A stretch of DNA of 64,000 nucleotides, taken from assembly GCF_006345805.1 (NCBI RefSeq), contig NC_043000.1:51212001-51276000 (forward strand), in the 5' to 3' direction. The position numbers were made by a program, and so were the translations under genes. Shown piece after piece: positions 1-12,561 of the stretch. Under the pieces are notes generated by a model that saw only the letters and a program-made list of their open reading frames with translations, was not told the origin of the DNA and made no database searches. Each line of letters opens with the position of its first letter. Within the stretch, counting starts at the first letter, position 1. The stretch comes from Octopus sinensis (taxonomy: Eukaryota).

Positions 1-2149
1 ATGGATTGGTGTTGCGAGTCAGAAACATTATATGTTGTCTTTGTGTTAACTGCCTTTAGAAATTGATATTAAGTATATCTTCTCTTTTTTTTATTCTGCC
101 TTCAGCACTATCATAATAGATGGTGTCATCATCATCACCAACATGACCGTTGTTGTCACCATCACTATCATATCATAGAAATAGTTAATGTGTTTCATTG
201 TAATACATTTGCTATCGCAAATTTCTCTGTCACAAACACTGTCACCTCCGTCATCAACATAATCTCCAGTTTCAATTCCACCATTACCATCACAACTACC
301 ATTAACACCATCATGTTTTTTTTTTTGTATTTTTTTTTATGAAGGCTTATTCTTCTAAAATTTAGACAGAGTATGTCTAAGAAAATTTGGTAATGTGCCA
401 AAATGCTTCAAAGTATTCAAGTATGATTGGGGAGTTTTGAAAACGTAAGGGGTGCAGTAAGACTATGTGTACTAGAGCATGTAAGACTGGAACAGTGGTT
501 TTACAGCTGAATGCTTTACTAGAGCTAGTCAGAAAAATCAATGGGATGATAGGGGAGAATGTTGAAATGTTAAAAGCTATTGATCTATCTACTGATATTA
601 TTTATACAATAAATGTTTATGAACTCTTACATTAAGAAATTATGTATCTTTATGGTGTAGGTGTATGCATGAGTGTGCATGTGTGTATATAATTATGTTT
701 GAGTGTGTTGATATAAGCACTACATATAATAATTACATATGTGTATGTATGTATATATATATAGTGTGTGTATATATATATGTATATATATGCTGAAGAA
801 GGAGAGTGAAAGACAAGGAAAGCCAGGAGACATGCAAACTGAGTAGATAAGGTGTTGAACTGACAAACCAAAAGTCATGACTTCAAACATTAGAACAAGC
901 ATCACATTTTAACCTTAGGCCAACTACATCATTTCACTTTCTTCAGTCATCCTAATTGAAAATAAGTACCATGCTTTCTGTTTACCTATCTGTTTGTTGT
1001 GTGTGTGTGTGTGTGTATGTGCATGGAGGAAGAGATAAAAAAAGTGAAGCAAGAGAAACGATCATACAAGCACAAAATAAAAACAAAATTGTAAAATATT
1101 GTTATTTCACCAAAGTAGTTTCAAAACTAACATGAGAGTAACATATTTGGTAAGTTATGTAAATATTTTCTACTCCTGAAGTATTTAGATACATCGAATA
1201 GTAATCATTGAAAAATAGTATTTGTTCTTTTCAGTATATCATTTATTAGTTTATTTTTTTTATTCACTTATTTATTAAATATGAGACGTTTAAAGAATAC
1301 TACACACACACATACAAATAAAATTAAAAAAATTGAAAAAAAAAAAAGAAATACCAGTTATCAAAAGATTAAAGATATTGAGAACATAGAGAAAATAACA
1401 AAGAATAACTTTCGACATGAATTGTCGATCCATTGCAGTGAATTGTAAATATATTGTAGCACTTCAAAATAACTTCTTTGTATTTTCGCTTTTGTTTCTT
1501 TTTCCTTTTTCTCACATAATAAAGAAACAAAAAACAAAATTTATATATTTATTTTTCATTTTCATTGTCCCTCCCTTTCATGCTCCATCTCAATTTTCTA
1601 ACATTATTATAATTTCTTTTTTTCCTTTTTCTTTCTCGTAGTCTTTCCTTTCTCTCTCTTGTGTTCACTCTCTCTTTTTCCTCATATTTCTATATTTCTC
1701 TGTTTACCCACCTTCTCTTTTTTATTTTATTCTTTTCATATATATATATATATATACATATATAAGTATGTATGCATATGTGTATATGTGTGTACATATA
1801 TATATATATCCATTAACTTTTCTGATTAAAACATTGTCTCTAATCAGAAGAATGAATTTCAATTTACGTCAGATTATATTGATTTTCTCTCTGCAACAAG
1901 CTATAATTTAATCTGAACATATTAAAGACTCTCCCATTAAGTTTCTGTTATAAGTATGCGTTTAAATTGTGCTTCACTGTTGGAACTTACACTTATTACA
2001 TGTATTGAAAATTGGTCAAACTTCCTGAATTTCCGATTTTCAATGATTTGCTCAAAGCATTGCGAGCACATGTTTTATTTTGTGTGTCTGTGTGAATGTT
2101 CATATGTATGTATTTGTGAATAAATGTGCATGTATGCACAGATATAAGT

Positions 2150-2151
2150 AT

Positions 2152-2201
<50 letters not shown>

Positions 2202-2242
2202 TATATATACGCACACACATATTCATATACATGTTTATGCGC

Positions 2243-2311
<69 letters not shown>

Positions 2312-2316
2312 TATAT
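2150..2316. repeat. (TA)n/(CA)n compound microsatellite
   Basis: Directly visible. Confidence 0.95.
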
Positions 2317-2432
2317 CGTGGGTGTCTTTTCAATACATTGTCTGGTTTAAAAAGCCACATCAGACACCATGATGGATCTAGAGTGTAGGTACGGGAGGTG
2401 GTCAGACTCTGCATAAGGAGTAGACAACCACC
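2317..2432 (+). mobile_element. Extreme 3' end of an RTE-type LINE embedded in a microsatellite
   Basis: Encodes [17 protein letters not shown] (RTE C-terminal SGL.SH.R.H motif), then a stop and a short 3' UTR ending GACAACCACC-(AT)n. Flanked by (TA)n/(CA)n. Confidence 0.55.
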
Positions 2433-2467
<35 letters not shown>

Positions 2468-3268
2468 TGCCTGCTTCCATTGTTTGGGATTTCCTGTTAA
2501 ATTTGATAATGACCATGTTATTTCACTTATGGATTCTTAGAAGACTGTATCATGACCATAGTTTAGCTGCAGTAAATCCTACAGGGAAACATGGGTCAGA
2601 CAGGCACAGTAATTGTCCAGACCCTCTTAATATATATCTGAACTGTTGTATGTTTTATGGAGGATTTCCAGGTGTGTAACTTATTGTCACCAAGAGACTG
2701 ATGCTAAAAAGCTTTTGAGTGTCTTAATGTATACTATATCTGGTCTATGTCTCATACCCATATAGGAGGATGGAAATACAGCCTGTCTGGTGAGAATGCA
2801 AAGATGGTTATTTAAAAAGGAAAAACCCTCTTCTTGAACCGTCTAATGGTTACAGTTGGTAGCTAAAATGTTTTATAATCTCCTAGGAGAGTGTGCATTT
2901 GTTGGAAATTATTCTGCTTCAGTATTTGAGTTCTGAAGTGTGCTTAATCATTGGTATTGCACTGAGAAGTGTGGAATAGAGAAGGCAGTGTTGTGTGCCA
3001 TTGACAAATAACTTCAGTTTTCTGGGCATTAAATATGAAGCCTATTATTTAATCACCTCTGAAATGATTTTTAAGAATGACCTACCAGGGCAATCATCAG
3101 TTTACTATCCTCATTCAAGATCTATGCTAGGGTATTATCTGGCCCAGAAGCTTTCAAGTTTTTGTAAGGTTTTGTGTGTGTGTGTGTGTGTGTGTGTATA
3201 CATATATATATATGATGATGATGATATATAGGTATATGAATAAGATGCTAATTTATTTTCAAATGCAG

Positions 3269-3311
<43 letters not shown>

Positions 3312-4233
3312 TATATAGTTGAAACAACATGCACACACACACAGTCATATTATTTGCTTTAGAAATGAAAATTCTATCATACTTTACATAGGACCAGTGA
3401 ATTGTTGTTTTTTTTTTATTTCACCCTTGTTTCAAACAAATATCGATATTGGATCCAAACCTACTCTGAAATTTTTATCTTCACTTAAACTAACTCATAA
3501 TCACACATGTAAAATAACTACTTTGATTGTTATGCTCCACTTATAAAAGTAGCTGTACCTAAGCTTATAATTTGTCTTCCTGGTATAAGTTTTGACAATT
3601 CTACTGTTATTCATAGTCGAACAATAATTTGAATCACAAAACTATTAACATTGCAATCAACTCTTTGTAAAACTCTCGGCTTTGTTTGCTGATATACTCA
3701 TAAGTAATGTTTTTAATGATTAGATAACTTTATCCATGGCCTAAAAGCTTTCTGAGAATTTACAAGTTTATTGTTGTCATTACTGGAACTATCATTGTTA
3801 TCTAGATAGAAGTTATATGACTTTTTAAATGGGTTTTGATATACCGTCGCAAAATAGTTTTAGTATTTGAAGGTAACTTGGCTGAAATACTGTAACCTAT
3901 ATTTGAGTAAAAAACCTATTTCATCTAGACAATAAATGGAAATTTCTGTTTTCCTTAATTTCTAGTTTGAAATACTGTGTCTGTACTATATGTGTGTTTC
4001 TGTGTGTATAGATATAGATAGATAGATAAGTAGATAGATATAGCTATTTGGATTATTTATCAGTGTCACTGGAATTTTGTACTTTTTCTCGAATCTGTCG
4101 TTTTGTTGGTAAATTAAAATTTTGGCAATGCTTTTCAATATTTGAGCCATAATTTATTATAGTATTGCTAGAACTCTTGAACATTGACCATTCATCATTT
4201 GTGCTTCTGAATTACTAAGTGTTTGGATGTGCG

Positions 4234-4310
4234 TGTATGTATGTATGTATGTATGTATGTATGTATGTATGTACGTACGTACATACATACATACATGCAT
4301 ACATACATAT
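4234..4310. repeat. (GTAT)n-(GTAC)3-(ATAC)n fold-back tetranucleotide microsatellite
   Basis: Directly visible. Confidence 0.9.
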
Positions 4311-5109
4311 ATTGTTCTGTTTAGTGCATCTGTCACTCCCTGAAAGTTATTCGATAGTTATTAAATTGGTGATTTTATGAAGAGAAATGTTTCATACGAT
4401 GTGCTAAGTCTTAATGAAAAACCATGACAGGTGCAAGTCCTTTATCAAAATGATAATTCATGGAAAATAATGGAACTTCTCAAATATATGATTCAATGTC
4501 AAATGTTGAAATTTTCTGTTCATTTTTGTTGAAGCTACATTTCCAGTGATTCATAGATATTATTCATTAACTCACAAGTTTAATTATTTGTCTGATTTTA
4601 AGCCCTCTCACTTTCTCCAAATTCACTCAAACTAGTAACAAACATTTATTGTAAATGTCTAGCTAGTTGTGAAATCATAATGCAACATCTTTTGAGAGCT
4701 ACATATCTCAAAATACTATACTTCACAGTAAGTCAACATATACACAGTGAACAGTGAGAATCAAAATGATAATTGGCATATTAATCTTAGTATATTTCAT
4801 CGGATTTGAACATGAATATGCTAATTGCTGGTGTGTTTTGTCATTGGAAAACATCTCCCTGAGACAAACGTTTGACACAAAGCAAGCAAGAAAACATGTA
4901 AGGGCATATCTTAAAAGTACAAAAAATGATGTGAATAGTTATAATTGCTGTTTTTCTTTCTCTAATGTTTTTTCATTGTGAAGTCTGTTTATTTTCAATG
5001 AATTGTTTTAATTATCTGTGTAAATCAATCATCATGAAACTGATATATATGTGACCTAAATTTTAAACTTCATGAAATTAATCAGTGCAGGAAATTTTTA
5101 CATATAATC

Positions 5110-5555
5110 ACTTGAAATAGCCACCAAACCTCCCTGAAAACCCACCTTGCTATCTTAGGGAAAATAGGAGAAATTGGGAAGTGTAGTAGTCTGTGATAAG
5201 AAGTGAAGTGATCTCACAACTGGACTTCTTTGATCATGAAGTTTGACTGAGCTGGTTGGCCTCAGGATCAACAACAATAAAAACCATGATGAGTCAGGGA
5301 GAGAGTCTCCATGCAAATGCTTAACCTGCTAGAAATAGGAACCAAATTTACTCAGATTATACCTTACTGTTTTGTTACAGTAGGGACTCATTTGAAAATG
5401 TAATCCTAGTGACTTCAGTGTTCAAGAGAAGAATGAGTTGGAAAAACAAACAATAAAGAGAAAACAAAGTCAACGCTGGAATGACATTGGTCATCTTCTG
5501 TTCAGTCAGAATTAACCAATGGTTAATCAACAACAATAACAACAACATTAACAAA
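5110..5555 (+). mobile_element. Two tandem old family-D retroposons ((CAA)n tail)
   Basis: Twice-repeated GAAATAG..ACCAAA...CTGGA...TGATCAT/TGGTCAT...AACAACAA architecture. Confidence 0.55.
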
Positions 5556-5804
5556 CAATAACAAACAATGCAATGTCAGTTGTATCAAAACAGGAAGTAA
5601 CTGTTAAGAACTTTAATCAAAGGTATTCTTAATTAGTCTTAGAAAAATATACCTGACAAAAGTAAATAAACATGGTAACAAATGCTCTTCACTGTAGTAA
5701 TCTTTTCTCCCATGGTAAGCTGTTCCTGGTAAGCGTTTTTGAGGTTTCATTATCATTAGTTGCAGTGCTCCTGAGAATTTTCTATGAGACTGCAGCCAGT
5801 TTAT

Positions 5805-6168
5805 TTTATGTTTTGCTTGTTTCAGTCAGTGGACTGTGGCCATGTAGGAGCACACCTTTCTGGGTTTAGTCAAACAAATCAACCAAAGTACTTACTTTTT
5901 GAAGTCTGGTGCTTATTTTATTGGTATCTTTTGCCAAAGTGTCAAGTTGTAGGATGTAATCAAACACCAGTTATCAGGCAGTGGTTGGGAAACAAAGACA
6001 CACACGACAGGTTTTTTTCAGTTTCTGTCTATCAGATCCACTCACAATGTTTCGATTAGCCCAGGTCTACAGTAGAAGACACTTGCCCAACGTGCCACTC
6101 AGTGGGATTGGACCCAGAATTATGTGTTTGAGAAGTAAACTTCTTACTATGCAGTCAACCATTCAGCT
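5805..6168 (-). mobile_element. Family-A SINE (diverged)
   Basis: TTTCAGTCAGTGGACTGTGGCCATG...AGTAGAAGACACTTGCCCAA...CAGTGGGATTGGACCC is collinear with the 32951 copy. Confidence 0.8.
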
Positions 6169-8226
6169 ATGATAAAGGATTATTCCATTACAGTTTAGAT
6201 TTGTGCTTTGTCACTTTGTATATAGTAGCCCTTCCTTCTATGTCCAACTTGGCAGTAATCTTGCAAGAATAGCTTAAAATTTCTGATGTGTAATGGAAAG
6301 CAGAATACTTTTTTTCTTTATTATTATTTCTTGCAATAATTCAGCTACTTGTCTAGTATTATCATCTTGATAAGGTCTCTCATTCTAACAAATTCTTTAT
6401 AAAGTAGACACAACTTCATTTTGATGCCTTGATGATGATATGATGATGATGATGTGTGTGTATCTTTACTAGTTTCAGTCATTGGACTGTGATATATTTA
6501 TTTTGTGTGTGCATGCATATTTGGAAATTTGTGTCTATTTATCTGGGGTGGGGGTCTGTAAGTATCCATGTCTCTCTATTTCTGTTTCTTTTTAGCTGTT
6601 TATTCATATGTCTCTATTATTTACCTATGTCCATGTACCACTTCATCTACTTGTGCATATACACTTACACCCACATACACTGTTTATCATACGTACACTG
6701 ACCATTGATACACTAACACACAACTATATATATATATATACATATATGTATATATATATATATGTATATACATATACATATATATAACTTAGAAAGGTTT
6801 TGGCCAGTATTATATATATACATATATATATATATACACGTGTGTGTGTTCATATAATTATTTGTTTAACCTTTTATCAATCTCCTTTTCTACATTATAG
6901 TTATATTTATCTATTTATCTTCATACTGTTATACATATGTGAATTAGGCTACATTAGTTGATTTATATGAGGTTCCATTAATTGAAAAATTAGACATGCC
7001 ACCAGTTTAAATTTATGGAATAACATGTTAGTAATCAAGTGCTTTATTAACATAGAAGATAATTGCAAATTCATTCAGTTTGTCAGAGCTGAAGTTCATC
7101 CCTCCATTACAAAACCTTTGTATCTAACAGCATTGGTATTTGGTTGTTCATTCTCTGACATTAATTATTATATCAATATTAATGTTAGAGTGGATGCTCA
7201 AAAGTCATCACTTTTTCATGATAATTCCTTTCATGTTTGATGCAATAATGATAAGTTTTCTGATGTGACTATAGGTATATTACGATAGGTATATTACCAT
7301 GAAGCAGAAGTTTCTAAATCAGTAGGGCTTTATATATTAGATTCACTTCATAAAATCGTTCCCATTTTGAATTAGGCCTGCATAGATATGTTAGTATGAT
7401 TAGATGCTTCTCTAATGAGCCTACACTTGATAGATTCAGAAAAGACTTAATAGAAACTTCTGGATAATTCAGAAGAAAAAAACTATAATCAATGCTAATA
7501 TTAACATAATTAACATCAATTCAACCTATATGCAGGCAAATATCTCTCCCACAGAAACCTTAGAGAAAAGCTTACACATTCACAGATATATAGCTATTCT
7601 TTTCAATCATTCAACCTAAATTATTCCTTGGTATTACTGTTAGTATAAGTAATAGCTACTGGTACCAGTGGATTGTAGCAATCTTCTCTTGAGACTTCAT
7701 CTTCTAGTAATTTTTCTTAAGTAAGGTGCAGACATTTAACAGGCAGCTTGTTCTTATGTTAATGGTGAATGGTTAAAGAAATACACAGAAGTATTTATAA
7801 ATGACTTATAGAACATATTTAGGATATGGCTATAAATTAAATAGAATCCCCATGGGAAAATACCCAAGGACAGTTGCTGCTTGAAACTTTAATAGAAAAC
7901 TTGATGCTAGCATCTATGAAGAATAAGCCAGAAAATTTTAATTACTCAAAATTATAACCCTTGTGAGGAGTTCAATCATTTTCTGTAATGGTTATGCTAT
8001 GATTTGCACAAGAGGTACATTAAGACTAAAATATCTGTAGTGTCATCACTGTACAGCCTAAAACCAGACTCAACCTACTGCATTTCCTATTTGATTTTTA
8101 TTAACTAAAATTTTGGAATTGTTTCCTCACTACTTTTCTTTACACCAGAATTAATCATCTAGGAAATTATTGTTCTCATCATCCAGGGTATAATTCAAAT
8201 TATGTGAAAGTGTGTGTGTGTGTCTG

Positions 8227-8276
<50 letters not shown>

Positions 8277-8508
8277 GGGAATATTATTCCAAACTTATAG
8301 GGAAAAATTCAATTTAGAAATACTAAATCAAATTTCACAAAATATAATATATATATATAAGAAAAAAACACCTTTTATCGATTTTGCTCATTACTTAATC
8401 ATTGTTATATGTTTTATCTTACATTTAATCTTTCTATATATGTAATTTTTCTAAATGGTATGATTTAATTTTTCATTATTAAATTGATAAAAGGTGTGTT
8501 TTTTCTAA

Positions 8509-8510
<2 letters not shown>
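8277..8510 (+). repeat. AT-rich dispersed repeat with an internal ~25-bp inverted-repeat pair
   Basis: 8277-8345 matches the reverse complement of 33404-33472 at 67/69 nt; inverted repeats at 8360-84 and 8481-8506. Confidence 0.75.
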
Positions 8511-8549
<39 letters not shown>

Positions 8550-9545
8550 ATCTCATGTATTAATATACACTAATGATAAGCATGCATGCTTATTCTATTT
8601 CACTTCTTTATTTTTATTATTCCATTAGTTAATCACTTAGCTGATTATCCAGCTGATTGCTTGATTACTCATTAAGTCAAACAAGCTATCAGTTAGTTTT
8701 ATATACATGTACATAAACCTAACTGCTTGCGAGAAAAAAAAAAAAGAATTAAAACTCTCCAAAGCCACTCATATCTCACTATATGTAAACATACATGGAG
8801 AATGTAGCAAATATACTAAAGACACAGTTGTCCCCCTTTGTAAAACTACTAAGTGGAGAGTAGACATCTCAGTATCAATTGATTTGGCTTTCAGCGCCAA
8901 ATTGACACTTAAATTCCATAAGCTAGGTTTACTACATAAGCTCTTTTTAAAAATATATTTACCATTCCATGTGTATCTGTTCAGCTGAAGGCCCTGTGTC
9001 TTCTAAATGAACATTAGCAAGCAAGTATAAATTCGAAATTCAAATAAGTTATCTTTTAAAAAACAAATGATAAAATGGCCAGCAAACATAATCCAAATAG
9101 TCAAAATATATATTAAAAGTCAGAGTACAATATGCACCTGTTTGCTAGTATATATGTGTGTGTGTATTTTTTTATATCAAATGTATTAGCACTCATTTTA
9201 CAAGCAATTTTTCATGTAACATGCATCCTTGAGTGTATTTCTCTGTCCTTTTAAATCCTGATACCATACTCTGTTCTTGAGCCAATTTCTCATGTACTTA
9301 ATCTAATCAAAGATCTATCAGCCATGGTTAGGCTATCCTGCACTGATGGGGTCAAATAAAACTGGAATGTACCCAGAGTTGTCCATTGTACTCTTGAAGA
9401 TTAGACTCACTGTCCATTAATTTTCATAGTCCATTAATTTTTATTTATTTGCCTTGCAGAGTTGTCTCTGCTTGCATTTATTTTATTTATTTATTTATTT
9501 ATTTTTGCCAGAATTAATCATTTAGAAAATTACTGTTTTCACTGT

Positions 9546-9586
<41 letters not shown>

Positions 9587-9789
9587 ATAACTTCCAATAT
9601 AACTATATTGCCCTTTGACTCTATGATAAAAAAAAAACTCTCTGTTTTAAAATGATGTTAATTAAAATTGTCCATCAAAATTTCATGCTTAATTATGTTC
9701 CAAACCCCCAGTCTGATAGGGTTTTATGTACAACAATTTTGAGCAAAGATGGGGAGCAAAGATGGGGAGCAAAGATGGGGACAACAACA

Positions 9790-9910
9790 TCACCCTACCC
9801 CTTACTTGACTGCTGCTATATTTCATTGATCCCAGAGGTATTAAAAACAAAGTTAACTTTGTCGGGAATTGAGCTCAGAATGTAAAGAACCAGAAGAAAG
9901 AACTCAGGAG
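9790..9910 (-). mobile_element. Old family-B SINE fragment
   Basis: AAAGTTAACTTTGTCGGGAATTGAGCTCAGAATGT resembles the reverse-complemented B-box region. Confidence 0.5.
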
Positions 9911-9993
9911 TATTTCTTTTACTAACCCACTGCACATTCCATCAGTTTAATAATGAGAAAATTATTAACAACTCCCTCAAGGTTATTTTAATA

Positions 9994-10037
<44 letters not shown>

Positions 10038-10142
10038 GTTATAATTATTTTCAGAACCCAATTCAAGTAAAGACTGTGAATTTCAACAGTAGTAAAATAA
10101 AACACAAAAGAGTTAAATATTTAATTTTTAGTTCTACCCTAT

Positions 10143-10330
10143 TGTCATCATCATCATCATCACCATCATCTTCATCATCGTCGTCATCATCATCTTTATC
10201 ATCATCGTTGTCATCATCATCTTTATCATCATCTTTATCATCGTCATCATCATCTTTATCATCGTCGTCATCATCATCATCTTCATCATCGTCGTCGTCA
10301 TCATCATCTTTATCATCGTCGTCGTCATCA
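10143..10330. repeat. Compound (CAT/CGT) trinucleotide repeat with recurrent TTT/CTT interruptions
   Basis: Directly visible; reads as poly-Asp on the minus strand and poly-Ser on the plus strand. Confidence 0.9.
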
Positions 10331-11760
10331 ACGTTGCCATTTACCTTGCAAATCATTGTAGTAATGTGAATTCACCTCAAAATAGCTTGTTATATTATTC
10401 CTTCCACTGTGACACCTTTATGGGATGAATGAATTGACCTTACCTTTATGTTGAATTTGTAGTAAGATAGAAATTAAAAGTGGAAAAAAAGTAAAACTGT
10501 TTCAGTTGCATTTTCTCTAAATAGAATTTTCTTCTGGCAATAGCATTTGAATTTTTATATGTGATAAGAGTTTAAGCAAATGTTTACTTCCATTTTATAT
10601 ATACTGTTGTATAGGCTATAGTATAAAATATTCAGAACACATTTCTAACATTTTTATTTTCTCTTCCAATAATGTCTCTCACATGTGACCATCTCAGAAG
10701 ATTGAAAAAAAAGCAAAAAGAAAGAGAAGGAAAACTATGATTTTTCCTTGGCTATATAAATTGCACTGTCTGAATTAATCAATTTGTTAATATTCCAGGG
10801 AGTTTTAGCTGCAACATTTACTTGGGAAATAGAATTTTAGTATTTAATATTTCAGGCTTACTTACAAATTAAATTCGCAGGTGGTTATGTGTTCATGAAT
10901 AGAATCTGATGCTATCCATAATGTTACTGAAACAGGGAAATTGTTGATGTTGAAGGAAAAGAATGCAAATATTACAAGAAAGCAGCACCGATTTCTATGT
11001 TAGTGTGTATGTTAGTATGTTGTGTATGAGTGTTTGCTATAAAAGCATGCAGCCACCTACACACGTGAAGCATATTTCATTTTGATAAGAGTGAATTTAC
11101 ATATTACTGCTTTGAAATATATGTGAAATGACATGGAGAAATTCCACTGTTAAACATAAATAATATCCAACTAAATTGTATTTGAATGAATGATACTTCT
11201 TGAGATAATTTGATTCAAATATGGATTAGTTGTTGAAAATAGTACAACTATTCTATATATAAAAAAATATATTTCCACCTGTATTGTGAAGATAATATAG
11301 ATTTACCAGACTCTCTCATTTCTACTCATAAGCTGATATAAAACAAAGAAATATGAATAAAATATTTAACAATATTTTATTTGGAATAAAATGTAATAAA
11401 TTTGAATTCCTGACTAATAGCACTAGAAATGTAGAAAAATTTCACATTAGCTAAATAATATAACTTGATATTTTAATTATCTTATTTATTATAGTAACTA
11501 ATAAAAATGAAATCCAAATAAAAAATTACAGTTAAAATTATGGCTAGATTGACAAGTACTGTCCTTAATTCATAAACTATTTAAAAAATAGGAAATAATT
11601 AAAAGTTGGAAGTAATTTTGTTGGTATGTTATGTTTGATGATACATGAGTATATGTATGTGCTTGTGTGTGTTCATATATATATATATATATATATATGA
11701 GTGTCTGTATACACACACATGTGAATATAAATATTTTAAGATGCTTTTCACAATTTACTT

Positions 11761-12124
11761 ACTCTTTTACTTTTTTACTCATTTCAGTCATTTTGACTGT
11801 GGCCTTACTAGAGCACCACCTTTTAGACAAACAAATTGACTCCTAGTACTTATTCTATCAGTCTCTTTTGCTGAACTGCTAAGTTACAGGGACATAAACA
11901 CACCAACATTAGTTGTCAAGTGATGGTGGGAGGATAAACACAGACACACACATATACATATGATGGGCTTCTTTCAGTTTCCATATACCAAATCCATTCA
12001 AAAGTCTTTGGTTGGTCTGAGGCTATAGTAGAAGACACTTGCCCAAGGTGCCATGCAGTGGAATTGAACTCAGAACCATGTGGTTGGTAAGCAAGCTTCT
12101 TACCACACAGCCACACTTGCACCT
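11761..12124 (-). mobile_element. Family-A SINE
   Basis: Collinear with the 32951 copy from tail (CTCTTTTAC) to head (CCACACAGCCAC). Confidence 0.85.
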
Positions 12125-12286
12125 ATAGATCACTCCCTGTTAATAGAGCATTTTCTTTTTGTGAATACACATGATTTTTGTAAAATAAAAAACATTGAAT
12201 ACTTTTGTTTCACGGAATTATAAATTGGTACTTATTTTTCATACTTAAAATTAAATTTCTTATTTATATTTTGTGTGTGTGTGTGT

Positions 12287-12511
12287 GACACTGGTGTCAC
12301 ATAAAAAGCACTGGTGACAGTCCCAAGTAAAAAGCACTCAGTACACTGTCTGGAGTGGTTGATATTAGGAGGAGCACCCAGCCCTAGAAACCTAGTTAAA
12401 ACAGACTATGGAACCTGGTGTGGTCCTTGGCCTTGCTAGTTCTTGTCAAGCCATCCAACCTATGCCAGCATGGAAAACAGATGTTAAATGTTGATGATGA
12501 TGATGATGATG
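12287..12511 (+). mobile_element. Family-C retroposon (diverged)
   Basis: AAAAAGCAC units, GGAGTGGTTGATATTAGGAGGAGCACCCAGC, CCAGCATGGAAAACAGATGTTAAA-(GAT)n. Confidence 0.75.
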
Positions 12512-12525
12512 TATGTATACATACA

Positions 12526-12559
<34 letters not shown>

Positions 12560-12561
<2 letters not shown>

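Noticed and set aside
1-75. Window opens with ATG-MDWCCESETLYVVFVLTAFRN*, superficially like a signal-peptide first exon
   Set aside because: All three frames stop before the nearest plausible donor (AA|GTATAT at ~73); no support without RNA data.
1996-2388. Many overlapping YI/VC/HT-rich ORFs (also near 17700-18200, 19000-19350, 32800-33050 and 45200-45500)
   Set aside because: These are translations of (TA)n, (CA)n and (TG)n microsatellites.
4754-4981. ORF with a hydrophobic start followed by NCWCV, resembling a SOL-1 N-terminus
   Set aside because: No G.F.SP.[YF]P CUB motif follows and there is no good splice context; likely chance in AT-rich DNA.
8637-8695. Imperfect hairpin AGCTGATTGCTTG...CAAGCTATCAGTT as a possible pre-miRNA
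   Set aside because: The stem is only ~14 bp, too short for a Drosha/Dicer substrate.
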